Assembly (NCBI GenBank): GCA_947628545.1
Contig: CANRAJ010000002.1
Location: forward strand, 1 to 37,026
DNA: 37,026 nucleotides
Direction of reading: 5' to 3'
Origin: an uncultured Bacilli bacterium
GTDB taxonomy: Bacteria > Bacillota_I > Bacilli_A > RF39 > UBA660
Within the stretch, counting starts at the first letter, position 1. Each line of letters starts with the position of its first letter. Below are positions 1-9,608 of this stretch, in pieces. Both the position numbers and the translations under genes were made by a program. The notes under the pieces were generated by a model. The model made no database searches, was not told the DNA's origin, and was given only the letters and a program-made list of their open reading frames with translations.

Positions 1-557
1 GTTAATTCTCCTTTATCGTCTGGTTGAGTGACAGTTAGAATTAATTCTGGTACTTTAGTTGTATGAGTTTCGTCTGGTGCTACTATCTTTCCATCTTCTT
101 CTTTACCTTCTAAGATTTCTCCTTCGGCATTTTTAAAGTTTGTATATCTTAATTCATTTTTAGCAATATTTAAATAAACATAATAATTATCTTTAGCATT
201 ATTTGTCGCGTTATTAGCTATTAAGGTTGCTGTTCCGGTTACACCATCACCTACACTAATATTTCCTTCATTAAAGTTATCCATATTAGCCGTAATCATA
301 ATATCACTTTCGGTATTTTCTTCATCTTTTACTTGATCTGATGTAATATTTTTATCATTTAAAGAAAATGATAAAACATCCGTAGTTCCTGATTCCGCAT
401 TAATATTAACATCTTGTTTACCAGTACTTTGGCTAGCAAAGAAGGCATAAGTTGCACCAACTACTACTAGCAATAAAGTAATAATGGCTATTATTGATAA
501 TATTAAAGTTTGCTTTTTATTTTCCTTTCTTAAATTATTCTTTTCTTCTTCATTCAT
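1..557 (-). CDS. N-terminal part of a membrane-anchored or secreted surface protein (partial; the C-terminus runs off the window start)
   Basis: The minus-strand frame is open from the window edge to the ATG at 555..557, with GGAG about 10 nt upstream. Translation starts MNEEEKNNLRKENKKQTLILSIIAIITLLLVVVGATYAFFASQSTGKQDVNINAESG... This is a basic N-region, then a hydrophobic helix ending in GATYAFF (TasA/camelysin SipW-type signal-like), then an N/T/D-rich beta-type sequence. It is absent from the ORF track because no stop lies in the window. Confidence 0.6.
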   Translation of the reverse strand, partial: MNEEEKNNLRKENKKQTLILSIIAIITLLLVVVGATYAFFASQSTGKQDVNINAESGTTDVLSFSLNDKNITSDQVKDEENTESDIMITANMDNFNEGNISVGDGVTGTATLIANNATNNAKDNYYVYLNIAKNELRYTNFKNAEGEILEGKEEDGKIVAPDETHTTKVPELILTVTQPDDKGEL

Positions 558-589
558 TACCACGACACTCCTTTATTTTTTATATTTTT

Positions 590-618
590 ATTATACATCT
601 AAAGAGATGTAATATCCA
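590..618 (-). promoter_or_regulatory. sigma-A-like promoter proximal to the partial surface-protein gene
   Basis: Minus strand reads TGGATA (613..618), a 17-nt spacer, then TATAAT (590..595), about 30 nt upstream of the RBS and ATG at 557. Confidence 0.4.
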
Positions 619-658
619 GACATAAGAAAAAATATTTTTTTCCTATCTTCCCTTTCAT

Positions 659-676
659 TATATATATATATATATA
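659..676. repeat. (TA)9 dinucleotide microsatellite
   Basis: Direct reading gives tatatatatatatatata. It lies in the intergenic region between the murF stop and the surface-protein gene start. Confidence 0.95.
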
Positions 677-715
677 TTGTAAAGAATTTTGGAAAAATTT
701 TATTTACTTGACGTC

Positions 716-743
716 AAATAAAAAATAATCCTTTGCAAGGACT
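716..743 (-). terminator. rho-independent terminator after murF
   Basis: Minus-strand hairpin AGTCCTT-GCA-AAGGATT (with a G.U pair) is followed by TTATTTTTTATTT. Confidence 0.5.
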
Positions 744-744
744 A

Positions 745-2121
745 TTAATTATTGATTTGTTCTACTATTTCTTTAAAATTAAGTCGCATACTGGCTTTAA
801 TTAAAATTTTATCATCTTTTTGTTTTAATTTATTAATTAAATTGATGGCATCGGTATTGTTGGAAAAATGATAACTATTTTGAGAAGCAAAACCTAATTC
901 TATGGCTTTTTTATTGATTAAATTAGTATATTCACCAACAGTTATGAGAATATCAATGTCTTCTTCCACTATTAAAGAACCAATATCAGAATGAAGTTTT
1001 TCTGAAAATTCTCCTAATTCTAACATGGTACCTAACACCGCTATTTTGCGGCCACGTAAAGATCCCAAATATTTAATACTGTAACTTAAGGAATCAAAAT
1101 TAGAATTATAACAATCATCGATAATGGTAATACCCTTATTTTCAATTAGATGCATCCGATTTCGGGATAATTCAAAATTTTCAATTCCTTTTTGAATTTC
1201 ATCATGTGTTAAATTAAAGATGGAACCAACAGTGATGGCAACTAGAGCATTATAGATAAAATGTTCACCCCCAATTGGAACATGATAAGTAATATCTTGA
1301 CAAGTAAAAATACTTTCATTTTCCTTTTCCGTAATATCTTGGGCTTGAAATTGGGCCTTATTTTTTATACTAAAAGTTTTAATATTATATTTTGCTTGAT
1401 TATTTTGATACCATTCATTTAATAAATCATTATCTAAATTTAAAACTAAGGTACCATTTTCTTTTAAACCCTCAAGAATTTCTAATTTGGCTTTTAAGAT
1501 ATTTTCCCGACTTCCTAAATTACCAATATGAGCCGTTCCCACATTAGTAATAATTGCCACATCGGGTTTAGCAATATTCGTAAGATAACTTATTTCACCT
1601 AAATGGTTCATCCCCATTTCGACAACTAAAATATCTTTTTGGGGATCCATGGCTAAAATAGTTAAAGGTAGACCAATATGATTGTTTTGATTACCAATTG
1701 TTTTATAAGCATTATATTTTTCATTTAAGACACTATAAACCATATCTTTCGTACTTGTTTTTCCAGCACTACCAGTTACTGCAACAACTGGTTTTTGAAA
1801 TAAACTTCTTTTATAACTGGCTAATTCTCCTAAACATTTAATGGTATCCTCAACAACAATAATACATTTATCATTTTGCTTTAAATAATCTATTAAAGAA
1901 GAAGGAAAATCATTTTTGGATAGTATCGCGACCTTGGCTCCTCTTTCAAAGGCCTCTTTATAGAAATCATTACCATCAAAGTTTTCCCCAATAATTCCAA
2001 TATATAAATCATTTTGCTTTATTTTACGGGTATCAGTTACCACATTATTAATTTGACAATTTAATTCATTTAAAATAGTTTGGTAAGTAATATTTTTTAA
2101 AATATCTTCCAGTTTCATCAT
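745..2121 (-). CDS. murF: UDP-N-acetylmuramoyl-tripeptide--D-alanyl-D-alanine ligase
   Basis: Mur ligase motifs are present: VAVTGSAGKTSTKDM (P-loop), NNHIGLPLT, VVEMGMNHLGEI, IITNVGTAHIG, and DDCYNSN in the C-terminal domain. The start could be the second ATG at 2118. Confidence 0.9.
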   Translation of the reverse strand: MMKLEDILKNITYQTILNELNCQINNVVTDTRKIKQNDLYIGIIGENFDGNDFYKEAFERGAKVAILSKNDFPSSLIDYLKQNDKCIIVVEDTIKCLGELASYKRSLFQKPVVAVTGSAGKTSTKDMVYSVLNEKYNAYKTIGNQNNHIGLPLTILAMDPQKDILVVEMGMNHLGEISYLTNIAKPDVAIITNVGTAHIGNLGSRENILKAKLEILEGLKENGTLVLNLDNDLLNEWYQNNQAKYNIKTFSIKNKAQFQAQDITEKENESIFTCQDITYHVPIGGEHFIYNALVAITVGSIFNLTHDEIQKGIENFELSRNRMHLIENKGITIIDDCYNSNFDSLSYSIKYLGSLRGRKIAVLGTMLELGEFSEKLHSDIGSLIVEEDIDILITVGEYTNLINKKAIELGFASQNSYHFSNNTDAINLINKLKQKDDKILIKASMRLNFKEIVEQINN

Positions 2122-2150
2122 TTCACTCCCTATTTTATTGTAATTATATC

Positions 2151-4418
2151 TTATTTAAATAATTTTGTATATACATCTTTAAAGTCCGAAACTAAGTTAA
2201 TGGTAATCTTTTGGCGAATCACCGAAGGAATATAATCCAGATCGCTACTATTGGCTTTAGGTATATACACAACACTTACATCATTATTATATGCAGCAAT
2301 GAGTTTTTCCTTTAATCCTCCGATGCGTAAAACTTCGCCATTTAAAGATAATTCTCCCGAAAAAGCAATGTTTTTGGCAATCTTTTGCTTTTTTAGTAAA
2401 GATAAAATTCCAACAGCAATGGCTAATCCCGCGGATGGACCGTTTTTCTTTGTAGCACCATCTAAAAAATGTAAATGAAGATCTTTTTTATCCAAAGAAA
2501 TTTTATACTTATTTTTTAAATAACTGATTGCTACGCGCACGCTTTCATCCATAGTATCGCCCACCAAACCAGTGATAATTATTTTACCAGTGCCCGGATA
2601 AGTGACAACCTCTAGTTTGGTAGTATAGCCCCCATAACCACTAACCGCTAAAATATTTACTTCACCATATTTACCTAATGATAACGGATTTTTAAAGTTT
2701 TGCCCTAAGCCCAAATATGTTTGAATATCATTTTGGGTTATGCGCTTTTTATTTTTGATAATCGCTTTACGGTAAATTGTGGCTAAAATCCGTTCTAATT
2801 CTCTGACTCCGGCCTCATTAGTATAATTAGTTATAATAAAACTTAATAATTCGGCCGAAATATTTAAAGATGGACCATTTAATTCTTTTTTTATTTTTGG
2901 AATTAAATAATTTTTAGCAATATCTTGTTTTTCAAAAATAGTATAACTATTTAATTTTATTACTTCGACCCGATCTAAGATCGTTTCCGGAATATTTTCG
3001 ATATTATTTGCGGTTAAAATAAATAAAACATTACTTAAATCAAAGGGTTCTTCAATATAGTTATCCGTAAATAATTGATTTTGGACTGGATCAATTATTT
3101 CAAGTAGGGTACTAGCCGGATCCCCCCGATAATCCTTCGTCATCTTATCGACTTCATCGATTAAGATAACGGGGTTTTTACTGCCGGCCTTTCTTAAGGC
3201 CTGAATAATTTTTCCCGGATTGGCGCCTAAATACGTCCGTCTGGAGCCAATTAATTCTGTTGAATCATTTAAACCTCCAACAGATATTTTATAAAATTTC
3301 CGTTTTAAGACACTCGCAATTGCCATCGCAATAGAAGTTTTCCCAACGCCCGGTGGTCCTACTAAACAAATAATCGGACTTTTTAAATCTTTATTAAGAT
3401 TTTTAATTGCAATATATTCACTAATGCGATTTTTAATTTCTTTTAAACCATAATGTGTTTGATCCAAATCCGTAATTACTTTTTGACTATCCCCAGGATC
3501 TTTAGTTTCTTTTTGCCAAGGTAAATTTAAAGTCCAATCTAAATACGTCCGCAAAACACTAAATTCCGGACTAGTTTCATTAAGTAAGGCATATTTGGCA
3601 ATTTCATTAGCCAATTTGGTTTTGGTCGCACTATTTAATTTTAATTTTTCTAATTGAGCAAGAAATAATTCACTTTCCTTTTCTTGGGTGGTTTTTTCCC
3701 CTAATTCGGCTTGAATAACCTTTAATCTTTCTTTTAAAATAAATTCTTTTTGGTTTTCTTCCATGGAAATGCGTAACTTTTCATCGATTTCTTCATCAAG
3801 TTTAAGTATTTCGATTTCTTCTTTTAAATCATTAATTAAACTAATTGCCCGATTTAAAGGATTAATATTTTGCATATATTCGCATTTTTTTTCATAATTA
3901 AAATTCAAAAAAGAGGCAATAATATCGGTTAAATTACTTAAATTTTTAGTTTTATGCACTAGCGTTAAAACACTATTGGAAATATTATCCGCCGAATCAA
4001 TATATTCTTTAAGCGTAGCCAGTAATTTTCTTTTAATGGCATTTTCCTCAGACGGAACAAACTTTGGTAATTCTAATTCCCTAATGGCCGCATTTAAAAT
4101 ATCAGGATTTATAGTGGCCGGATAATAACTATCAATAACTATCCGATTTATCCCTCTTAAGGTAACTCTTAAGTTATTATTTGGTAATTCTATTTTATTT
4201 TTAATTTTGGCAATAACTCCAACTCGGGGTAAATCCTCAACATTGGGCTCTTCTTCTTTAGAATCTAGGGGGGCAACAACTAATAATTTACTATCATAAT
4301 TATCGATGGCTTGTTTAATTATTTGCTTACTTAATTTATTATTTAGTTCAATTTTAATTTCTTGATTAGGCAATATTAAAAGTTCTTTAAGGAGTATAAC
4401 TATGATTTCGTTTTTCAA
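2151..4418 (-). CDS. lon: ATP-dependent Lon protease (LonA type)
   Basis: Walker A GPPGVGKTSIA, Walker B PVILIDEVDK, protease-domain Ser motif KKNGPSAGLAIAV, and the Lys region GGLKEKLIAA. The likely start is TTG at 4418, 8 nt after GGAGG (4427..4431). The track ORF extends to another TTG at 4433. Confidence 0.92.
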   Translation of the reverse strand: MKNEIIVILLKELLILPNQEIKIELNNKLSKQIIKQAIDNYDSKLLVVAPLDSKEEEPNVEDLPRVGVIAKIKNKIELPNNNLRVTLRGINRIVIDSYYPATINPDILNAAIRELELPKFVPSEENAIKRKLLATLKEYIDSADNISNSVLTLVHKTKNLSNLTDIIASFLNFNYEKKCEYMQNINPLNRAISLINDLKEEIEILKLDEEIDEKLRISMEENQKEFILKERLKVIQAELGEKTTQEKESELFLAQLEKLKLNSATKTKLANEIAKYALLNETSPEFSVLRTYLDWTLNLPWQKETKDPGDSQKVITDLDQTHYGLKEIKNRISEYIAIKNLNKDLKSPIICLVGPPGVGKTSIAMAIASVLKRKFYKISVGGLNDSTELIGSRRTYLGANPGKIIQALRKAGSKNPVILIDEVDKMTKDYRGDPASTLLEIIDPVQNQLFTDNYIEEPFDLSNVLFILTANNIENIPETILDRVEVIKLNSYTIFEKQDIAKNYLIPKIKKELNGPSLNISAELLSFIITNYTNEAGVRELERILATIYRKAIIKNKKRITQNDIQTYLGLGQNFKNPLSLGKYGEVNILAVSGYGGYTTKLEVVTYPGTGKIIITGLVGDTMDESVRVAISYLKNKYKISLDKKDLHLHFLDGATKKNGPSAGLAIAVGILSLLKKQKIAKNIAFSGELSLNGEVLRIGGLKEKLIAAYNNDVSVVYIPKANSSDLDYIPSVIRQKITINLVSDFKDVYTKLFK

Positions 4419-4444
4419 GAAGTGCACCTCCAAACATACAAATT

Positions 4445-4473
4445 ATTATAAGTATATTTAATTTAAAAGTAAA
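4445..4473 (-). promoter_or_regulatory. sigma-A-like promoter upstream of lon
   Basis: Minus strand reads TTTACT (4468..4473), a 17-nt spacer, then TATAAT (4445..4450). Confidence 0.45.
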
Positions 4474-4499
4474 GAAAAAAGATAACTTTTGTTATCCTT
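4474..4499 (-). terminator. rho-independent terminator after the 4498..5721 gene
   Basis: Minus-strand hairpin GATAAC-AAAA-GTTATC overlaps the stop codon and is followed by TTTTTT. Confidence 0.5.
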
Positions 4500-5721
4500 A
4501 TCTTCCCCGAATTACTGGTTCATCATCCAAGGCATTTCGAAGTTCATTTAAAGCACTTTCATTTACCGCGAAAAACTCTTTGTAATGGTTAATTAAAGTT
4601 TGTTGTTCGGCAATTACGGTTTCTTTGGCTTTCAAAGTTTCTTCTAAGATGCGATCTCTTTCTTGAATTGATTTAATACTGGCTTCGGCTTGCTTTATTT
4701 GATCATCCTTAGCCGCATTTTCTTCCGTTAATTGTTTAATTTGACTTTCTTTGGTTGCCACCATTGCTTCTAAATCTTTATTAGTTTGCATTAAATTTTG
4801 ATTTCGCATGGTTAAATCTTTAATTTTTTGAACGGCTGCTAGAGCAAGTTTGGTGTAATCGCCTTGATCATCACCTTTGGTTTCTTTGACCTCTACTTCT
4901 TTTTGTGTTTCTTCCACTACTTCTACTTTTTCAACTTGCTTTTCTTCTTTAACAGGTGTTAAATTGCTTTTTAAATAATCGCTGCGCACCCGGGATAAAT
5001 TATCTGGATTGCCATATTTAGTGTGGCCATTTTTAGCACTATTTTCATATTCGCGGCTAAATTCTTCATCGCTTGGCCATAAAAGATAAGATACGGCAAG
5101 AGCTTCTTCATCATTCGTTAGCATTTTTTCTTGGGTAGTTGCCAAATAAACATTTAATGAAGCAATATCATCCGCGGCGATTTTATATACTTTTTCATTT
5201 TCTTTATCTTCATTTAAAGCCTGTTGTAGAGCACATTTTTGGAGATAGTCGTACCGTAAAAATGGTAAATATTGTGGATTGCCATATCTACCATAGTACG
5301 TTGTAATATCCTTTTCTAAAACATCTTGATCATCATTAACATTTTTATTATCTAAGGCCTTAACGTAACTTTGATGTAAAAAGAAAGGATACTCGCTTAA
5401 AAACAAATCATCGTCGGGCCAGATTAAATAGGAAACGAGAATATCATTGGTAACATTTTGGCTAGGAAAAACAGGACATAAGCCAGAAATTTGAACTTTT
5501 TCTTCCGCAAGATGATTTAAAACATCAGCCACAACTTCTTGACCAATTTGATAAACTTGATTTTGTTTTTCATTATCAAACATTGCTTCATTTAATTTTT
5601 CCGAAGATGCTTTTGCAAATATAATTTCGGTTTTTAAATTATCTTCCTTGCCTAAATTATGGGCATTTAACAAATTTAATCTTTGTTCTTGAATACTTTT
5701 AATTAACGTTGCTACTTCCAT
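4498..5721 (-). CDS. hypothetical protein with an internal duplicated ~50-aa domain and a C-terminal coiled coil
   Basis: The likely start is MEVATLIK at 5721, with AGGTGA upstream. Two related segments are visible: SYLIWPDDDLFLSEY...YGRYGNPQYLPFLRYDYLQK and SYLLWPSDEEFSREY...TKYGNPDNLSRVRSDYLKS. These are followed by a K/E/Q-rich heptad-like tail (KDLEAMVATKESQIKQLTEENAAKDDQIKQAEASIKSIQERDRILEETLKAKE). I recognise no family. Confidence 0.6.
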   Translation of the reverse strand: MEVATLIKSIQEQRLNLLNAHNLGKEDNLKTEIIFAKASSEKLNEAMFDNEKQNQVYQIGQEVVADVLNHLAEEKVQISGLCPVFPSQNVTNDILVSYLIWPDDDLFLSEYPFFLHQSYVKALDNKNVNDDQDVLEKDITTYYGRYGNPQYLPFLRYDYLQKCALQQALNEDKENEKVYKIAADDIASLNVYLATTQEKMLTNDEEALAVSYLLWPSDEEFSREYENSAKNGHTKYGNPDNLSRVRSDYLKSNLTPVKEEKQVEKVEVVEETQKEVEVKETKGDDQGDYTKLALAAVQKIKDLTMRNQNLMQTNKDLEAMVATKESQIKQLTEENAAKDDQIKQAEASIKSIQERDRILEETLKAKETVIAEQQTLINHYKEFFAVNESALNELRNALDDEPVIRGR

Positions 5722-5823
5722 ATTCTCACCTAGTATAAGAATACAATAAATAAGCGAAAAAGTCAAAGAGTATTAACCAAAAGTTTTTGTTTTCATAAAA
5801 TATCTTGATTGGAGGAATTTATA

Positions 5824-6615
5824 ATGATTTCCTGGTTTAGTAATCTTGATTATGTTTTACAAGCCTTAATTGCCACCATTTTTACCTGGAGTATCACCGC
5901 CATTGGAGCAGGTATTGTTTTTGCCTTTCGCCGCATTAATAAAAACATGATGGATGCCATGTTGGGCTTTTCCGCGGGGGTTATGATTGCAGCAGCCTTT
6001 TTCTCCTTACTATCACCAGCCATTGAAATGGCTAATAATTTACATATGCTCCCTTGGTTAGTAGCCTTTATTGGTTTTATCTGTGGTGGTATTTTACTTT
6101 TTATCGGTGATAAAATCTTTGATAAAAAATTAAAACAAGCCAATAAAAATAAAATTAAACGTTCCTTAATGCTTATTTTTTCCATTACTTTACATAATAT
6201 ACCCGAAGGGATGGCTGTCGGTGTTGCCTTTGGCTCTTTGGCTTATGGCATTGAAGGGGCAACATTAACTTCAGCCATTATGTTGGCCATTGGGATTGGT
6301 TTACAAAATTTTCCCGAAGGAACGGCTGTATCTGTACCTTTACTCCGCGAAGGATTTTCCCCGCAAAAAGCTTTCTTTTACGGGCAATTAAGTGGTATTG
6401 TAGAGCCTATTGCCGGCATTATAGGTGCGCTTTTAGTTATTAAAGTAAGAATTCTTCTCCCTTATCTTTTAGCCTTTGCCGCGGGAGCCATGATTTATGT
6501 AGTTGTCCAAGAACTAATTCCCGAAAGTCAAACAAACAAGAAAAAAGACCTTATGGCCTTATTTACTATGATTGGTTTTTCTTTAATGATGATTTTAGAC
6601 ATCGCCTTAGGTTAA
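5824..6615 (+). CDS. ZIP family metal (zinc) transporter, ZupT/GufA-like
   Basis: Polytopic membrane protein with the motifs HNIPEGMAVG and QNFPEGTAV. The ATG at 5824 lies 7 nt after GGAGG. Confidence 0.8.
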   Translation: MISWFSNLDYVLQALIATIFTWSITAIGAGIVFAFRRINKNMMDAMLGFSAGVMIAAAFFSLLSPAIEMANNLHMLPWLVAFIGFICGGILLFIGDKIFDKKLKQANKNKIKRSLMLIFSITLHNIPEGMAVGVAFGSLAYGIEGATLTSAIMLAIGIGLQNFPEGTAVSVPLLREGFSPQKAFFYGQLSGIVEPIAGIIGALLVIKVRILLPYLLAFAAGAMIYVVVQELIPESQTNKKKDLMALFTMIGFSLMMILDIALG

Positions 6616-8214
6616 TTAATAGCTTATTTTAACAAAAGCATTATGATCTTTTAATTGAATAGCATAAAAATCATCATTTAGAGGTACAATTTTTTGAGCC
6701 GCAATTTCTTTTTGTAAAATATTGTGATAAATAATATCAATTTTATCATTTTCTCGACTAAAGATAAACTCATTATTTTTAATAACTTCAAATTCAACAT
6801 CAACTGCTTCTTTAACATATGAATGTAAGACATCACCAGTATTTACCCGATAAAAAGTATATTGCCATTTATCTTCTCGCGGTAAATCCACATACAACCG
6901 ATTATCATTTAAAAGAATTACATGACTCACATTATCTTTATAATTGGCCTGGATACTTTTTTGATTATTAGCATCAATATAAATATAGAAATTACCATCA
7001 TCATTGATATAATAGCATGGTGTTCCATAAAAATATTCCCCATTGGCTATTTCCATAATACCTTTAATAGTATAAATTTTTTTATCTTGCGTAAGTACTA
7101 ATTCTTTAGTTCCAGAATCCTTAACATTTTGAATTCGATAAAAACCCGAAAATTTAGTAACTACCAAATTATTATCTTCAACGGGATAATCTTTATCACC
7201 CACTTTTTTTAATAAAGAATCATAAATCGTTAAGGTTTTATCTTTAACCATTAAAATAAAATCATCCAAAACAATAGCATTATCATAACTATAATCAAAA
7301 GCCATATTGCCACTGCTATTAATTAAACCATATTTGCCATTTTTCTTAAGAGCATAATAAGTTGTATTATCCGAACTTAGTTTGATTTCTTGGTTTTCCG
7401 GCCGGAGAATAATATTTCCTTTTAAATCTATTATGCCACTTAAATTACCATTTTTATAAACTAAATTATTAATCGTTTTAATCTTTACTGTAGTATCAGT
7501 TATCTCATCCCAGATGATATTAATATTTTCTAATCTTTTTTGGGAATTTTTAAGATCCCAAATATAGTTAGATAATCCTTCAATATATAGGTATGAACCA
7601 GTTACACCAGCAACTTCAATATCGCGAATATGTTTAACATTTTGATCAATTATTTTCCCACTGGTATAATCATATAATAAACCATTTTCATTATTTTCGG
7701 AGTAAATAATATTTTCCCATTGGTTATTATTCTTTCCTTGAACTAAATTATAAAGATATAAATAGGAAACATATTTATTATTAGCGCTGGCTTCATCGGT
7801 ATATATTTCGTGAAGATAATTTTGGGGATTATTAAAATCTAGATTACCTTTAACAATACTATTATTTTTATAAAGCGTATATTTATCATTAGTTTTTACC
7901 AAATAGTAACCATCAAATAAGCAGTATAAAGAATCTTTTCCCGTTTGTTCCTCTAAAACAGCTAAATCAGCCGTGATTAATCTAATTTTATCTTGATATT
8001 CCACCCGATAGATATCGTTTCCGCAGTAAGTAGGATTTTGGTATTCCGCATTGGGTTCTTGATAAGTAAAATCAATATGTTCTTCCACTTCTGTTTTCCC
8101 CGATGGCTTATGACCATTTAGAAAAAAATGATAAATGACAATAACTCCAATAAAAACGACAACACAAATGGCAACAACTTTAATCGTTTTAAATATTTGT
8201 TCCTGCGTTTGCAT
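6616..8214 (-). CDS. membrane-anchored WG-type beta-repeat protein (hypothetical)
   Basis: One N-terminal TM helix (VVAICVVVFIGVIVIYHFF), then repeated segments such as KNGNLSGIIDLKGNIILRP and KNGKYGLINSSGNMAFDYSYD, typical of WG/KWG-like repeats. The start at 8214 is preceded by AGGTGA. Confidence 0.55.
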   Translation of the reverse strand: MQTQEQIFKTIKVVAICVVVFIGVIVIYHFFLNGHKPSGKTEVEEHIDFTYQEPNAEYQNPTYCGNDIYRVEYQDKIRLITADLAVLEEQTGKDSLYCLFDGYYLVKTNDKYTLYKNNSIVKGNLDFNNPQNYLHEIYTDEASANNKYVSYLYLYNLVQGKNNNQWENIIYSENNENGLLYDYTSGKIIDQNVKHIRDIEVAGVTGSYLYIEGLSNYIWDLKNSQKRLENINIIWDEITDTTVKIKTINNLVYKNGNLSGIIDLKGNIILRPENQEIKLSSDNTTYYALKKNGKYGLINSSGNMAFDYSYDNAIVLDDFILMVKDKTLTIYDSLLKKVGDKDYPVEDNNLVVTKFSGFYRIQNVKDSGTKELVLTQDKKIYTIKGIMEIANGEYFYGTPCYYINDDGNFYIYIDANNQKSIQANYKDNVSHVILLNDNRLYVDLPREDKWQYTFYRVNTGDVLHSYVKEAVDVEFEVIKNNEFIFSRENDKIDIIYHNILQKEIAAQKIVPLNDDFYAIQLKDHNAFVKISY

Positions 8215-8259
8215 ATCATCACCTATAATAAGATTAACAAAAACTATGGTTTTTTGCAA

Positions 8260-8286
8260 GAAAAAAGCTAATCATCTCGATTAGCC
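8260..8286 (-). terminator. rho-independent terminator after tig
   Basis: Minus-strand hairpin GCTAATC-GAGAT-GATTAGC is followed by TTTTTT. Confidence 0.6.
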
Positions 8287-8291
8287 CTATT

Positions 8292-9539
8292 TTAATTATT
8301 TTCCGTTAAAATTTCCATCGCCCGGCGCATCTTCATATCGTATTTAACAATATCTTTAGTGCCATAGGCTTTAAGTAATTCTTCGACACTAATGCCATAA
8401 CTTTGAGCCATTTCTTCGGCTCTTTTATCAACTTCTTTTTCCGTAAAATCAATTTTTTCAGCATCGGCAATCGCTTCAATTAAATAACGATATTTAACTC
8501 TTTTTTCGGCTTCGGGAGCCATTTGTTTATGTAACGCCTCAGGAGTTGTACCTGTAATTTCATAATATTTTTCAATATCAAGGCCTTGCATTTGTAATTG
8601 TTGGGCATATTGGTCAATCATCCGATGGACTTCTTCATCAATTATTTCGGGATTAATTTTGACTTTCATATTTGCCGCCGCTTTTTCTAAGCAAGTATCT
8701 AAGAACTTATCTTCGATTTCATGTTCTTTATGATGTTTAAGATCTTCTTTGACTTTATTTTTTAAATCATCGACCGTTTTAACATCATCATAACCCAAAT
8801 CTTTAAAGAATTCTTCATCCATTTCTGGTAAAGAACGTGTTTTAATTTCGTTTACCGTAACTTCAAACCGTACTTTTTTATTTTTTAAATCTTCCACATA
8901 ATTTTCGGGAAATTGGAGATTTAAAGTTTTCTTTTCGCCGGCTTTTAAACCAATAAGGCCTTCTTCAAAACCAGGAATAAAGGTATGAGAACCAATTTCA
9001 AGTGGATAGTTTTCACCACTACCACCATCTAATTTTTTCCCATCAACGAATCCTTCAAAATCAATAACGGCAGTATCTTTATCAGCAACGACACCATTTT
9101 CTTTAACGACTACATCCGCCATTCTTTCTCTTAACTGAGCAATTTCTTCATCAATTTCTTTAGCACTAACAGTGGCTTTTTCTTTCTTTAAGCCCAACTT
9201 TTTATATTCGCCTAAAGTAACTTCCGGATGCGTAATAAAAGTAAACTTTAAAATGATATTAGTGTCACTAATGCCAGTTATATCGACAGTTGGTTCAATA
9301 ACAGGCACAATTTTTTGTTCTTCTAAAATCTTTTTATAAGCAACTTGAATGGCTTCATTAGCGGCATCAGGATATAGAGATTCTATCCCAAAATTTTTAA
9401 GATAGATATCTTTAGGGACACTACCTTTCCGGAAGCCATCAACTTTAGCATCTTTAACTTTTTTCTTAAAAGTTTTATCTATGGCATCTTTCCATTCTTT
9501 TTCTAATTTAATTTCAATTTCATGTACATTCTTTTCCAT
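8292..9539 (-). CDS. tig: trigger factor
   Basis: Ribosome-binding signature GFRKGSVPK and an FKBP-type PPIase core (DFEGFVDGKKLDGGSGENYPLEIGSHTFIPGFEEGLIG). The start MEKNVHEIEI at 9539 has an AGAGGGAAAG RBS. Confidence 0.92.
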   Translation of the reverse strand: MEKNVHEIEIKLEKEWKDAIDKTFKKKVKDAKVDGFRKGSVPKDIYLKNFGIESLYPDAANEAIQVAYKKILEEQKIVPVIEPTVDITGISDTNIILKFTFITHPEVTLGEYKKLGLKKEKATVSAKEIDEEIAQLRERMADVVVKENGVVADKDTAVIDFEGFVDGKKLDGGSGENYPLEIGSHTFIPGFEEGLIGLKAGEKKTLNLQFPENYVEDLKNKKVRFEVTVNEIKTRSLPEMDEEFFKDLGYDDVKTVDDLKNKVKEDLKHHKEHEIEDKFLDTCLEKAAANMKVKINPEIIDEEVHRMIDQYAQQLQMQGLDIEKYYEITGTTPEALHKQMAPEAEKRVKYRYLIEAIADAEKIDFTEKEVDKRAEEMAQSYGISVEELLKAYGTKDIVKYDMKMRRAMEILTENN

Positions 9540-9608
9540 ATTCTTTCCCTCTTTCAAAACTGCTTTTATTATATTATAAACTTGTAGTTTTGGCAATAAA
9601 TATCGGTT

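Noticed and set aside
2251-2478. Short antisense or overlapping ORFs inside well-supported genes (2251..2478, 5850..6185, 15380..15568, 19578..19823, 20573..20866, 21143..21373, 23632..23826, 25231..25467, 26734..26946, 33381..33575)
   Set aside because: Each is fully embedded in a longer gene that has clear homology or motifs. They are expected by chance in AT-rich DNA with few antisense stop codons. None has a convincing RBS.
5722-5823. Possible Zur box or other metal-responsive operator upstream of the ZIP transporter gene
   Set aside because: I found only weak 4-bp palindromic arms (GTAT..ATAC). Nothing resembles the Firmicute Zur consensus.
8215-8259. N-terminal extensions of many track ORFs (for example 8215..8259, 9540..9596, 5722..5766, 18874..18918, 12752..12829)
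   Set aside because: In each case an internal ATG or TTG with a properly spaced GGAG-type RBS fits homolog N-termini better. The extension often overlaps an upstream terminator hairpin or the preceding gene.
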